A stretch of DNA of 64,000 nucleotides from Candidatus Latescibacterota bacterium (GCA_965222605.1 OZ244960.1:6048001-6112000); one strand, 5' to 3'. Counted from the stretch's first letter, positions 30,790 through 41,143 are shown. Program-made: numbers and translations. The notes: generated from the sequence alone by a model not told the origin.

Positions 30790-31998
30790 GTGTCGAAATT
30801 GTCGATCACAGACCTGGATTTGAGAGGCAAACGCGTTCTGGTGCGCGTTGATTTTAATGTGCCCATTGAAAATGGGCAGGTCGCAGATGACACGCGCTTG
30901 CGGGCTTCTTTACCGACGATCCGACACATTTTGGATGCGGGGGGGCAGCCCATACTGATGTCTCATTTGGGTCGTCCAGAGGGCGAGGTAGTGCCCGAGT
31001 TATCGCTTAAACCCGTGGCCGAAGTCCTTCAAATGCTGTTGGGACGCGAAGTGCTTCTATCGCCAGACTGCGTGGGTGAGGCAACAGCCGCAGTGGTGAA
31101 ACGCGCGCCCGATGGGGCGGTTGTGTTGCTCGAAAATTTGCGATTTCACGCTGACGAGGAAGCCAATGCGCCGGGTTTTGCCACACAACTATCGGAATTG
31201 GGCGATGTGTATGTCAACGATGCCTTTGGCAGTGCCCATCGCGCGCATGCCTCTACTGAAGGTATTACCCATTATTTTGTTGACTGTGCTACAGGTTTGT
31301 TGATGCAGAAAGAATTGGATTATCTGGGCACGGCATTGGCCGATCCAGGACGGCCTTATGTTGCGATTATGGGTGGGGCAAAAATTTCTGGTAAAATTGA
31401 TGTGATTGAAAATTTATTTTCAAAAGTGGATACCTTGCTCATTGGCGGTGGCATGGCGTTTACGTTTTTTAAGGCGATGGGCCTGGAGATTGGCAAGTCG
31501 TTATTGGAGGAAGACCGCGTTGGAGTCGCTACCCATTTGCTCAAGCGCGCAGAGGCAGAAGATGTCGATCTGATATTGCCAACCGATACGGTTGTGGCGG
31601 CAGAGATGGCCGAAGGCATACCTGCTCAGGTTGTGCCACGAGATCAAATTTCAGCAGATTTGGAAGGGTTTGATATCGGGATTGAGACGCGGAAACGATT
31701 TTCCGATGTGGTTTTAAGTGCCAAAACAGTCGTCTGGAATGGCCCTTTGGGCGTGTGCGAGATTTACTCATTTTCAAAGGGGTCGCGTGCAGTTGCCAAC
31801 GCACTGGTTACGGCGACTGAGCGCGGTGCAACGACGATTGTTGGCGGGGGGGAAACTGCTGCTGCGATGGCAGATTTTGGCGTGGCGAAAAAATTGAGCC
31901 ATGTCTCGACCGGGGGTGGGGCTTCGCTGGAGTTTTTAGAAGGCCAAACACTGCCCGGCGTGGCGGCTCTTCCAGATAGGGAAGAGGATGCAGGATAG
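30790..31998 (+). CDS. pgk: Phosphoglycerate kinase
   Basis: RVDFNVP, SHLGRP, LLENLRF, NDAFG, STGGGASLE. Confidence 0.96.
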   Translation: MSKLSITDLDLRGKRVLVRVDFNVPIENGQVADDTRLRASLPTIRHILDAGGQPILMSHLGRPEGEVVPELSLKPVAEVLQMLLGREVLLSPDCVGEATAAVVKRAPDGAVVLLENLRFHADEEANAPGFATQLSELGDVYVNDAFGSAHRAHASTEGITHYFVDCATGLLMQKELDYLGTALADPGRPYVAIMGGAKISGKIDVIENLFSKVDTLLIGGGMAFTFFKAMGLEIGKSLLEEDRVGVATHLLKRAEAEDVDLILPTDTVVAAEMAEGIPAQVVPRDQISADLEGFDIGIETRKRFSDVVLSAKTVVWNGPLGVCEIYSFSKGSRAVANALVTATERGATTIVGGGETAAAMADFGVAKKLSHVSTGGGASLEFLEGQTLPGVAALPDREEDAG

Positions 31999-32029
31999 GT
32001 GCTTGTTCATGTTTTGAAAGGGATCTGTG

Positions 32030-32785
32030 ATGAGAACGCCATTTGTGGCGGGAAATTGGAAGTTAAATAAAACATCTGATGAGGCGGAAACACTTGCGCG
32101 ATACGTGGTGGATGCGGTATCGGGTGTGACAGGTGTAGATGTGGCAATATGTCCACCTTTTACGGCGTTGGAACGAGTTTCGAATGTGGTGTGCTGTACT
32201 GGCGTAGGGCTGGGTGCTCAGAATATGTACTGGGAGGCTGAGGGGGCTTTTACAGGTGAGGTGTCAGCCCCCATGCTGTTGACTTGCGGTTGTGAATACG
32301 TTATATTAGGACACTCTGAAAGACGGCAGTTTTTTGGCGAAACAGACGAGACTGTCAACCGCCGATTAAAAGCTGCCTTGAGTGCTGGTTTGAAGCCTAT
32401 TGTATGTATTGGCGAGTCTTTTGACGAGCGTCAGAGCGATGTGACTGAGCAGGTGGTTGAGACGCAAACGCGGGGTGCTTTGGATGGCATATCCGCTGAT
32501 GATGCACAGGGCATTACCCTGGCTTATGAGCCTGTTTGGGCCATTGGCACGGGGCTGACGGCGACGCCAGAACAGGCAGAGGCTGTCCATGCGTTTCTCC
32601 GGCAGGTATTGGCGCAAATTTATGACGACGATGTCGCGCAGGCGGTTCGCATACAATACGGTGGGTCTGTGAAGCCCGATAATGCGGCGGAGTTGTTTGA
32701 GCAGGACAATATCGACGGTGGATTGATCGGTGGGGCTTCGCTGGAAGCTGATGACTTTGCCGCTATTGTGAAAGCGGCTATATAG
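32030..32785 (+). CDS. tpiA: Triosephosphate isomerase
   Basis: AGNWK, GHSERR, AYEPVWAIGTG, YGGSVKP. Confidence 0.97.
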   Translation: MRTPFVAGNWKLNKTSDEAETLARYVVDAVSGVTGVDVAICPPFTALERVSNVVCCTGVGLGAQNMYWEAEGAFTGEVSAPMLLTCGCEYVILGHSERRQFFGETDETVNRRLKAALSAGLKPIVCIGESFDERQSDVTEQVVETQTRGALDGISADDAQGITLAYEPVWAIGTGLTATPEQAEAVHAFLRQVLAQIYDDDVAQAVRIQYGGSVKPDNAAELFEQDNIDGGLIGGASLEADDFAAIVKAAI

Positions 32786-32793
32786 AGGGTGAT

Positions 32794-33183
32794 ATGGAAA
32801 TTTTTCTTTTGATTGTTCATGTGATAGTTTGTGCGGTGCTCATTTTGGTTATTTTGATGCAGCCCGGCAGAAGTGGTGGGCTGTCCGGCGGTGCTTTTGG
32901 CGGTATGGGTGGTGGCACATCGATGTTTGGCGGTGGTGGTGCCGTGCCTATGTTGGCGAAAGTGACGACGTATGTGGGGATTATTTTTGCGATGACATGT
33001 ATCGGGCTTTGGTACGCGGGGCGTTCGACGGACGTGACACCCTCAACGGCTGCTGAGCGGTTAATGGAAGAAGGGCAGATGCCCATGCAGCAAATTCCTC
33101 AACCTTTGACCTTTCCGGAAACCACTCCCACCGAAGGAACAACCCAGACAGCACCGGCCGATACCGGCAGTACCACGCCGTAG
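32794..33183 (+). CDS. secG: Preprotein translocase subunit SecG
   Basis: Two hydrophobic helices around a Gly-rich loop; canonical tpiA-secG-tRNA-Leu synteny. Confidence 0.88.
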   Translation: MEIFLLIVHVIVCAVLILVILMQPGRSGGLSGGAFGGMGGGTSMFGGGGAVPMLAKVTTYVGIIFAMTCIGLWYAGRSTDVTPSTAAERLMEEGQMPMQQIPQPLTFPETTPTEGTTQTAPADTGSTTP

Positions 33184-33190
33184 ATATTGT

Positions 33191-33277
33191 GCCGAAGTGG
33201 TGGAATTGGTAGACACGCTGTCTTGAGGGGGCAGTACTCGAAAGGGTGTAGGGGTTCGAATCCCCTCTTCGGCACCA
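33191..33277 (+). tRNA. tRNA-Leu(GAG)
   Basis: GCCGAAG acceptor stem, anticodon loop TTGAGGG, long variable arm, GGTTCGAATCC, CCA end. Confidence 0.95.
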
Positions 33278-33618
33278 CAATAAAAGCAAGGGCTTGTGAT
33301 ATGAATCGCAAGCCCTTTTTCTGTCGATAGGAGTAAAATGCCATGTGTTGGCATATCCTCGCCTTGCTATCCATCGCGCTTCTGATCCAACCACTTCGGG
33401 CCAGTGTCGCGTTACAACAAGACCCCAATCCAGATTTTGATAATAGTGGCGTGGTTGATTTTCCCGACTTTTTGCTATTTGCCGCCAGGTTTGGGGCGCG
33501 CCAGGGCGATGTTAGCTGCAAGCAACGCAAGGTTTCCCAACCACACCACCCCGGCATATAGCGCACAAAAAACAAAGCAACAACTGCCTCATCTACTAAG
33601 GTTGCATACTTTCAGGGG

Positions 33619-33823
33619 ATGACAACTATGCAGAACGCACATCGACAACAGGAAGTCGTATACCAGTTGACACAGTGGGCAGAACATCAAGACTCGGTTC
33701 GGGCAATGCTCTTAACCAGTACACGCGCCAGTCCTCACGCTCAGGTAGATGTTTTCTCGGACTATGATGCCATTCTGGTGGTTCGAGACATCCGCCCGTT
33801 CTTCGAGAATAGAGCTTGGTTGA
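33619..33823 (+). pseudogene. Aminoglycoside 6-adenylyltransferase (AadK/ANT(6))-like N-terminal fragment
   Basis: QWAEHQDSVRAMLLTSTRASP...DVFSDYDAILVV...FFENRAWL; rest of gene absent. Confidence 0.65.
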
Positions 33824-33941
33824 GTGCGCTCTACTTTTGCCCCTTTATAGCTCCGCTTTATTGGGGCGCGTTGCCAGCAGCTAACACAGTGTGCCCGATC
33901 CCTTCCGAACCACCACATCCCCACAAATGCAGTTTGATACA

Positions 33942-33975
33942 TTGACATAGCATGGATTCCGTGTTATTATGCTAT
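33942..33975 (+). promoter_or_regulatory. higBA promoter/operator, probably giving a leaderless transcript
   Basis: TTGACA -17 bp- TATTAT ending 6 nt before the ATG; ATAGCAT/ATGCTAT inverted repeat. Confidence 0.6.
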
Positions 33976-33976
33976 C

Positions 33977-34270
33977 ATGATTCAATCGTTTCGGCGTGCC
34001 GGCGCAGAGGATATTTTTAATGGACGGGACACACGGGCCGCACGTGGTACTTGTCCATCGCAATTGTGGACTGTAGCTGCGCGAAAGCTCGAACAACTGG
34101 ACTCGGCCGATGAGCTGCGCGACCTACGCAGTCCACCTGGCAATCATCTCGAGGTCTTGCGGGGCAGGCGGTCTGGACAACACAGTATTCGGATCAATGA
34201 CCAATATCGTATTTGCTTTGTATGGTCGGATGCTGGTCCTCAGGATATCGAGATCGTCGACTATCACTAA
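33977..34270 (+). CDS. higB: HigB-family (RelE/ParE) toxin
   Basis: MIQSF, ARKLEQL, DLRSPPGNHLE, HSIRINDQYRICFVW, IVDYH. Confidence 0.92.
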   Translation: MIQSFRRAGAEDIFNGRDTRAARGTCPSQLWTVAARKLEQLDSADELRDLRSPPGNHLEVLRGRRSGQHSIRINDQYRICFVWSDAGPQDIEIVDYH

Positions 34271-34292
34271 CGACTAACGAGAGGTGTCGATC

Positions 34293-34607
34293 ATGGTGCG
34301 TATTCCAACAGATCGTGTTCCAACTCATCCCGGTGAGATGCTATTGGAGGAATTTCTGAATCCTTTGAATTTAACGCAGCGCGAATTGGCTTCCGCCATT
34401 CACGTTTCCTATCAAAGGGTCAACGAACTGGTGAACGGTCGACGTGGTATTACTCCGAGCACAGCCCTGCGCCTGGCGAGATATTTCGATGTGTCGCCCG
34501 CGTTTTGGCTGAATCTCCAACTTCGCTGGGATCTATATCATGCCATCCGATCTGATGCCGAGGAACTCGAGGCGATTGAGCCACGTGACATAGGACTTAA
34601 AGTATAA
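34293..34607 (+). CDS. higA: HigA-family antitoxin
   Basis: PTHPGEMLLEEFL, RRGITPSTALRLA, FWLNLQ. Confidence 0.92.
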   Translation: MVRIPTDRVPTHPGEMLLEEFLNPLNLTQRELASAIHVSYQRVNELVNGRRGITPSTALRLARYFDVSPAFWLNLQLRWDLYHAIRSDAEELEAIEPRDIGLKV

Positions 34608-34931
34608 GGACAAGGCCCCCTCAACCGCCCGCAGGCCACAGCTCCAGGTAACAACACCGTTCATGCATTCTTTATAGGTCTATGCTCTCCAATCTAGTGA
34701 ATGTGAATCGGACAACGCAAGGCGAGCCTCTGTCCAATTATTTTCAGTTAAGTCCTTGTTTTATAGGTAAATATATTAAAAATATAAGGTTGTGAAAACC
34801 TTGTGATGGTTTTGGGGGAGCAGTACTCGAAAGGGTGTAGGGGTTCGAATCCCCTCTTCGGCACCAAAATAAAAACAAGGGCTTGTGATATGAATCGCAA
34901 GCCCTTTTTCTGTCGATAGGAGTAAAATGCC

Positions 34932-36521
34932 ATGTGCAGGCATATCCTCGCCTTGCTATCCATCGCGCTTCTGATCCAACCACTTCGAGCCGATGTCGCA
35001 TTAGAACAGGTCCCCAATCCAGATTTTGATAATAGTGGCGTGGTTGATTTTCCCGACTTTTTGCTATTTGTCGCCAGGTTTGGGGCGCGCCAGGGCGATG
35101 AAAAGTATGATGATCGTTTTGATCTGGATGGCGATGGCGAGATTGGATTTGGCGATTTTGTGAATTTTGTCGCAAACTTCGGCAAAACGATCACGCCAAA
35201 TGGGGGGGCGAATCCGACAGTGGGTGATATAAAGATTCTGGGTTCGTTATTTGTCTCATCGGTCTGGGCTGGGCATCCCGTGGGGTTTGACCTGTTGACT
35301 TATGGTGATGTACAATTTGTCGCGTTTTACGATGCCGACCGCAAAATGACGGTGGGGATGCGAAATTTAGATGGCGAAACGTGGACATTTGCACAGCCCA
35401 AAGGTGTATGGTTGGAATATCGAGGCCGCCTGTCGTCGGAAATCGGGTGGGACACTCACAATTATCTAACTATGGCCATTGACGCCGACAATCACATTCA
35501 TTTGAGCGGGAATATGCATGTGGATCCGCTGATTTACTTTCGCACAACGCGGCCACTCGATGTGACGAGTTTTGAGCGCATCGCTTCTATGGTCGGCAAA
35601 AATGAAAATCGCTGTACCTATCCCGTGTTTATGCGCGGTCCGAATAATGAATTGATTTTCCGATATCGAGACGGCAGTAGTGGCAATGCTGTTGAATTTT
35701 ACAATATCTATGATGTCGAGACCAGAACATGGCGGCGGTTGCACGATACCCCGTTATTAGACGGATTGGGTCGGATGAATGCGTACGCGCGCGGGCCTCA
35801 GAAAGGTCCCGATGGGATGTACCACATGGTCTGGATGTGGCGCGATACACCCGATGCTGCAACCAATCACAGTATCTCATATGCCCGCAGCCGCGACCTG
35901 GTCGCCTGGGAAACGGGTGGCGGCGATGCGTTGGATTTACCGATTACAATAGAAAGCGGTGCCATCGTCGATCCCGTGCCGTCGAGGGGAGGGATGATCA
36001 ATATGACGCAGTCATTGGGTTTTGACCACCAGAAACGCCCGGTGATTAGTTATCACAAGCACGATGAGAGTGGATACACGCAAGCCTATTGTGCGCGGTT
36101 GGAATACGGCGAATGGGTCGTGTACAAGGTGAGCGATTGGACCTATCGGTGGGAATTTGGAGGGGGCGGATCAATTGTCGCAGAGATTCGGTTGGGCAGC
36201 GTAAAGGTGGCATCCGATGGGGGCCTGAGTATGAGTTATGTGCATGTAAAAGAAGGACGGGGAATCTGGAGGTTGGATCCCCAAACCCTGCAAGTGATCG
36301 GAACTTATCCGCCGCCTCAGAGTACGGTACCCAGGGAATTGGGGCGGGTGACTTCTCAGTATCCGGGCATGCAGGTCAACACGCGTGGAGCGCGGGGGTC
36401 GGGCACAAGGCCCGGCGAGCGATATATCTTGCGCTGGGAAACGCTGGGTCGCAATCGGGACCTGCCCCGAGAGGAGATCCCACCGCCGAGTGATTTGAGA
36501 CTTTATATTCTCGAGAGATGA
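34932..36521 (+). CDS. Secreted protein with EF-hand/dockerin-like pair and BNR-repeat beta-propeller
   Basis: Signal peptide; DFDNSGVVDFPDF and DLDGDGEIGFGDF; DTHN, IHLSGNMH, TYP.F, YRDGSSGN, SYARSRDL..W. Confidence 0.8.
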   Translation: MCRHILALLSIALLIQPLRADVALEQVPNPDFDNSGVVDFPDFLLFVARFGARQGDEKYDDRFDLDGDGEIGFGDFVNFVANFGKTITPNGGANPTVGDIKILGSLFVSSVWAGHPVGFDLLTYGDVQFVAFYDADRKMTVGMRNLDGETWTFAQPKGVWLEYRGRLSSEIGWDTHNYLTMAIDADNHIHLSGNMHVDPLIYFRTTRPLDVTSFERIASMVGKNENRCTYPVFMRGPNNELIFRYRDGSSGNAVEFYNIYDVETRTWRRLHDTPLLDGLGRMNAYARGPQKGPDGMYHMVWMWRDTPDAATNHSISYARSRDLVAWETGGGDALDLPITIESGAIVDPVPSRGGMINMTQSLGFDHQKRPVISYHKHDESGYTQAYCARLEYGEWVVYKVSDWTYRWEFGGGGSIVAEIRLGSVKVASDGGLSMSYVHVKEGRGIWRLDPQTLQVIGTYPPPQSTVPRELGRVTSQYPGMQVNTRGARGSGTRPGERYILRWETLGRNRDLPREEIPPPSDLRLYILER

Positions 36522-36626
36522 ATATGCCCTTGTTGATGTCTTTCTAAAACAAGTTGTAAAAGCCCGTTTGTTGCGTATATTTTAATGTGCGTAAAATTTC
36601 ATAGGACCCTGAATGGAGAATGCTTT

Positions 36627-37115
36627 ATGAAACGGCTCTATCTCGTGCGGCACGCGAAGTCGGATTGGAGTTATGTCGGGTTGGCTGATTTTGATCGGCC
36701 CCTGAACAAGCGCGGAAGAAGGGACGCAAAGCGCATGGGCAAATATCTGAAGCAGGCATGGAAGATCGAGCCAGATTACGTGTTGTGCAGCACGGCCAAG
36801 CGCGTGCGATCTACGGTCAAGCGATTGCGCAAATCACTCAATTTTTCCAAAAAACGGATTGTATGGCACGAGCGCATTTATTCGGGACATAGTGGGGATG
36901 TGTTGGATTTGATTCGACAGGTCGATAATCGGTATCGAGAGGTTATGGTGATAGGACACAACCCGGATATGACCGTATTGGTCAATAAATTGACGGGATC
37001 TACTATTGCTAATGTGCCGACTTGTGGTGTTGCGGGCATTGATCTGCCGATTGATGATTGGTCAGATGCGGTGTCGGGAGATCTGGTGTTTTTTGAGGTT
37101 CCCAAGTCGATTTGA
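36627..37115 (+). CDS. SixA-like histidine phosphatase
   Basis: LVRHAKS, DRPLNKRG, STAKR, IGHNP. Confidence 0.88.
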   Translation: MKRLYLVRHAKSDWSYVGLADFDRPLNKRGRRDAKRMGKYLKQAWKIEPDYVLCSTAKRVRSTVKRLRKSLNFSKKRIVWHERIYSGHSGDVLDLIRQVDNRYREVMVIGHNPDMTVLVNKLTGSTIANVPTCGVAGIDLPIDDWSDAVSGDLVFFEVPKSI

Positions 37116-37272
37116 CTTGTCCGTAACTTATCCGAAACTTGATTGTCACAGAATGCGGGTATCTTCGCATCAGTCAGCTTCCGCGTGGGGTCGGTTCTTT
37201 ACTTGAGGATCGGCCCTCGATTTTTTTAGTGGTCAGCAGTCAGTTTTTGCACACAAAAAAGCCGAAATATCC

Positions 37273-38412
37273 TTACATCCCGATCCTGTTTTTTTCGATA
37301 TAATCCCAGTTGATATTCATGCCCAATCCCGGGTGCTGAGGGACGTGCACAAATCCCTGGTCATCCATGGGTTCGCCGTGTTCGTGAAGCCAGGGGGCGT
37401 GTTCGTCGAAGTCTATGAAGGGGTGGAGAAGGCCGCGTTCGTAAAATTCGCCATTGGACATGGCGCACAGGGCGTGCAGGTTGCCTGGTCCGCCCCCGTG
37501 GATTTCGCAGCGCATGCCAAAAGATTCGCACAGGTGAACGGTTTTCATGAGGGGGGTCAGACCGCCCACATCGCCGACGCCGCAGCGGGAAATATCGCAA
37601 GCACCGGCTTTGATCCATTCGGCGCGCACATACATTTTGCCTTCGCAGGTTTCGGGACCACATATCGGTAAGTGCGTTTGCTCACAGAGCCAGATGTATG
37701 ACGACATGCTGTGTTCGTCCATGGGTTCTTCCATCCAGTAATAGTCGAGTTTTTCAAGTCCTTTTGCCAGGGCGAGCGCGGCTTCGCGGTCGTAATAATG
37801 ATAGGGGTCGAGCATGAGGGGTACGTCGGGACCGACGGCTTCGCGCACGGCAGCGCAGGCTTCGAGGTCGCGTTTGACACTGGGAGCACCTTCGTAGGGC
37901 GGCTGCCAGGTGTGGAGTTTGAAGGCGGGATAGCCGCGTTTCATACACCATTCGGCAAAACGGACATAGTCTTCGGGCGTGGCCAAACCGCCTTCGAGGT
38001 CGTCGCCACACATGGTAGAGGCATAGGTGGGTACTTTGTCTCGGTAGCCGCCGAGCAATTTGTAAACGGGTTGGTTGAGGGCACGCCCGGCCAGGTCCCA
38101 GAGGGCGAGGTCAACGGACATGATGACTTTGTCGGTTATCGTGTCTGTGTTGATACGCTGGCGGTGGTTGAGGTCACGCCAGATTTGTTCTCGCATAAAG
38201 GGGTCTTTGCCGATGAGTTCTGGCTTGACCATGTTGTTGATCACCTGAGCATTTGCACCAAACCAGTATCCGGATATGTCTTCGTCGGTTGAAATTTTGA
38301 GCAGGGTTTGAACGGCTTCGCGGTCGGGACCCGGATGCCCGTGTCCATCGCTGTCCTGTTCGGTGTTGGCGATATATTTGAATTGAATAGTTTCGACATC
38401 GGTGATTTTCAA
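37273..38412 (-). CDS. Mandelate racemase / muconate lactonizing enzyme family protein
   Basis: VDLALWDLAG, FKLH, LMLD, WMEEP, GPE, PGLG. Confidence 0.88.
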   Translation of the reverse strand: MKITDVETIQFKYIANTEQDSDGHGHPGPDREAVQTLLKISTDEDISGYWFGANAQVINNMVKPELIGKDPFMREQIWRDLNHRQRINTDTITDKVIMSVDLALWDLAGRALNQPVYKLLGGYRDKVPTYASTMCGDDLEGGLATPEDYVRFAEWCMKRGYPAFKLHTWQPPYEGAPSVKRDLEACAAVREAVGPDVPLMLDPYHYYDREAALALAKGLEKLDYYWMEEPMDEHSMSSYIWLCEQTHLPICGPETCEGKMYVRAEWIKAGACDISRCGVGDVGGLTPLMKTVHLCESFGMRCEIHGGGPGNLHALCAMSNGEFYERGLLHPFIDFDEHAPWLHEHGEPMDDQGFVHVPQHPGLGMNINWDYIEKNRIGM

Positions 38413-38424
38413 GGGATGCTCCTT

Positions 38425-39876
38425 TCAATACAGCGGCCTGTAACGCAGGTTGCCGCCTTCTTCCTGTTGTTTTTTGTAATCGGCTTCAAGCGCCTCTCGC
38501 ACCCAGTATTGCGGTGCAGAGACGTAGTTCGATTGGTGTTCCTGGTTGTCGAGCCAGTGTCCGAGCAAGCGGGATTTGAGGTCGTGTTCAACATGGGAGA
38601 GATCCGCGTCGCCCGCGCGGTTGACAAGTTCGTCGGGATCGTTTTCGAGGTCGTAAAGTTCGGCAGATCCATCGGCGTAGTGCGCGTATTTGTAGCGTTC
38701 GGTTCGCACCATAACGCGACCGCCAATTTCGCAAAATGCAGCCTGTCGAATGGTCGCGGTGGGGTCTTTGAATAGTGGGCGAATGTCTTCGCCTTGAAGT
38801 GTACCGGGTGGTTTGGCATCGCAGGCGTGATAAAAAAGCGGGACGAGATCAATGATGCTGACAAGACCCGATGCGCGCTGATGGGCAGGGATATCGGGAC
38901 CGCGAATGATGAGGGGGACGCGAGACATGCAGTCGTAAAAGAAGCCTTTGAAGGGCATACCGTGATCGCCCAGTGCGTCGCCGTGATCGCTGGTGAAGAT
39001 GATGAGGGTATCGTCGAGTACGCGATGGGCTTCGAGTGCGGAGATGATTTTGCCAATGCCTTCGTCAATCAGGCTGATGTTGGCGTAGTAGTGCTCGCGC
39101 CATTTGCGGTAGTGCTCTGGCGTGGCCTGTGAATAGTCCAGGCGAAACATGGAGTTGGACAGGCTGCCGCTACCTCGGTCCCTTTGTGCGGGTGGTTTGT
39201 CGGCGAGTTCTTCTGCGGAGCCGACGGGTTCTGGAATGGGTGCGTCGGCATACATAAGGGCCATGTCTTCTGGGGGATCGTAGGGGTCGTGTGGTCCGGG
39301 AAAGCTGACCCAGGCGGCAAAGGGATCGCTCCCATTTTTTTGGAGCCATTCGGCTGCCTGGTCACCGACAAAGCCATCGACGTGGAATTTGCGGTCACGC
39401 GGTGTGATGGATGCGCCCAGATTTTCGTAATAACCCGGCAATGTGGTGGGGTGCGGCCGGTCGAGGCCGTGTGCAGCGAGAAATTGTACGTGGTGGTCGG
39501 GCAGGTATATGTGCCGTTTGTCTTCGGCCATGATGCGTTCGTCAAAGCCCTGAAGCGAATCCCAGGGATGAAAGTGCATTTTGCCAATGGCTGCGGTGCG
39601 TCGTCCAGTTTGTGCTATGACACGCGGCCATGTCGGCACATGATCGGGCAACCAGTTGCCATTGCCTGTCACGCCTGTCACGCTGGGGTATTGACCGCTC
39701 ATGATGGACGCGCGGCAAGGTACGCATACAGGGGATGGGACAATGCAATGGTCAAATACCATGCCTTCGCGTGCAAGACGGTCGAGGTTGGGGGTTTGCA
39801 TAAAGTCGAGGCCGTAACAGGGCAGGCTGTCCCAGCGCTGTTGATCGGTGGTAATTAAAAGGAGATTGCGAGCCAT
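38425..39876 (-). CDS. Sulfatase
   Basis: ITTDQQRWD, CVPCRAS, GKMH, PHDPYDPP, TSDHGD. Confidence 0.9.
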   Translation of the reverse strand: MARNLLLITTDQQRWDSLPCYGLDFMQTPNLDRLAREGMVFDHCIVPSPVCVPCRASIMSGQYPSVTGVTGNGNWLPDHVPTWPRVIAQTGRRTAAIGKMHFHPWDSLQGFDERIMAEDKRHIYLPDHHVQFLAAHGLDRPHPTTLPGYYENLGASITPRDRKFHVDGFVGDQAAEWLQKNGSDPFAAWVSFPGPHDPYDPPEDMALMYADAPIPEPVGSAEELADKPPAQRDRGSGSLSNSMFRLDYSQATPEHYRKWREHYYANISLIDEGIGKIISALEAHRVLDDTLIIFTSDHGDALGDHGMPFKGFFYDCMSRVPLIIRGPDIPAHQRASGLVSIIDLVPLFYHACDAKPPGTLQGEDIRPLFKDPTATIRQAAFCEIGGRVMVRTERYKYAHYADGSAELYDLENDPDELVNRAGDADLSHVEHDLKSRLLGHWLDNQEHQSNYVSAPQYWVREALEADYKKQQEEGGNLRYRPLY

Positions 39877-40062
39877 AAAGTGCTCCAGAATAAAGGTGAG
39901 TTCAGGTGGATCAAAAGGACGGGACAAGATAGGATGGAGAAATAGGTATGGCAAAGTATTTCTGTTGGTCAGGTCAAAGGAATTGACGTTGACGCCAATA
40001 AGTTTTATGTTCAGGAATTGAACCCCACCCAATTTAGCGTCTGTTTGTCCAGGAGGCTTGCA

Positions 40063-40128
40063 ATGTTACAGGAATTTCGTGTCGATAATTTTAAGTCTTT
40101 GATTAATTTGGACGGGATTTTTGTATAG
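40063..40128 (+). pseudogene. ABC/AAA ATPase N-terminal stub
   Basis: AGGAGG RBS then MLQEFRVDNFKSLIN and an early stop. Confidence 0.5.
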
Positions 40129-40142
40129 GTAATGCTAGGTTT

Positions 40143-40355
40143 GTGAACCAGATTGCCATTGAGGCAACAGCGGACAATGTTGGCCCATTCTCCGATAGCG
40201 GTGATAGCGGAAGCGGTGTGTTGAACGACCGCCATGAACTCGTGGGCCTATTATTCGCCGGAAGTCCGGGGCGCACGTTGGTGAACCCGATTGCGGACGT
40301 GATTAATGAATTGCGCAATGCAACAGGTTTAAACCTGGATGTGGTTACTGGTTGA
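40143..40355 (+). pseudogene. Trypsin-like serine protease C-terminal fragment
   Basis: FSDSGDSGS..LVGLLFAG..NPI; no His/Asp-bearing 5' part. Confidence 0.6.
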
Positions 40356-40367
40356 AGGAGGTACATA

Positions 40368-40658
40368 ATGAGACGAGCGACATTTAGCGAACTCCAAAAT
40401 TTACTGACGGCGAGACCAGCAAGAATTTTGGCCGAAATCGACAGTGCGGATGCACAGTTATCGATCCCCCTTGATGGACAAGGGGTGCGAGTCCTGGTGG
40501 AGACACGAACGGACAGCGAAGCTGAGCGTGTTCCTTCCTCGCTGCGCGTGTCGATTGGTGGCGAGCTAGTAGATGTTCCCCTGGAAGCGCGGGCAACGGC
40601 GCAAGACTACGAATTGTTGGATACCGTACAATCGCTAAACCTGACCTCGATGCAGTGA
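40368..40658 (+). CDS. Hypothetical protein
   Basis: AGGAGG RBS, 96 aa ORF. Confidence 0.5.
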   Translation: MRRATFSELQNLLTARPARILAEIDSADAQLSIPLDGQGVRVLVETRTDSEAERVPSSLRVSIGGELVDVPLEARATAQDYELLDTVQSLNLTSMQ

Positions 40659-40731
40659 GGTGGCTGACATCATGATGAAATGCTCATTGGACAAATTCTG
40701 AAAAATTCTCCTGTAAGCACAGAGGAAGAAA

Positions 40732-41001
40732 ATGGATCAAAATGAACGAGGAACGATAAAGGATATTGTTAAAGTGATCTATCACTCCAGGGGTGACTGG
40801 CGCACGCCAGGGGGCATAGCGAGAGATCTCGAAATTCCTTCTGAAACAGTAACCCAAATCATCAAAGACCATCGAGAATTTTTTATTTTACCAGATGACG
40901 AGCCTGCGAAATTTGCTTTTCTTCCCAGCGGTTTCGATGCTGTGTCACTCACTGATCGTGCGCGAGATTTATATCTCCAGGAGCTAACGCTGAGTTCATA
41001 G
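40732..41001 (+). CDS. Hypothetical protein (possible winged helix)
   Basis: WRTPGGIARDLEIP; 89 aa. Confidence 0.45.
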   Translation: MDQNERGTIKDIVKVIYHSRGDWRTPGGIARDLEIPSETVTQIIKDHREFFILPDDEPAKFAFLPSGFDAVSLTDRARDLYLQELTLSS

Positions 41002-41143
41002 CAAACGATGTATCCCAGAGTGTTGTGGCCCTTATACCACATAACCACCCCTCAAAAAAAAATCGTAACCCCCCCGGGAAAACCCAAAACCCCCACCCCT
41101 CTCCCACTTCTACACAAGAGGTAAAGATGTAAGGAGACAAGAG

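Larger units (their letters stand above)
33231..35100. repeat. 281 bp direct repeat (33231-33511 and 34820-35100) flanking a 1.3 kb mini-island
   Basis: Both copies contain the tRNA-Leu 3' half plus the 5' end of the downstream gene; about a dozen mismatches. Confidence 0.92.

Noticed and set aside
33619-33945. Functional aminoglycoside resistance gene
   Set aside because: Only about the first 68 codons resemble the family; the remainder is unrelated sequence
34814-34866. Second tRNA-Leu gene
   Set aside because: Only the 3' half is present; there is no D-arm or 5' acceptor strand
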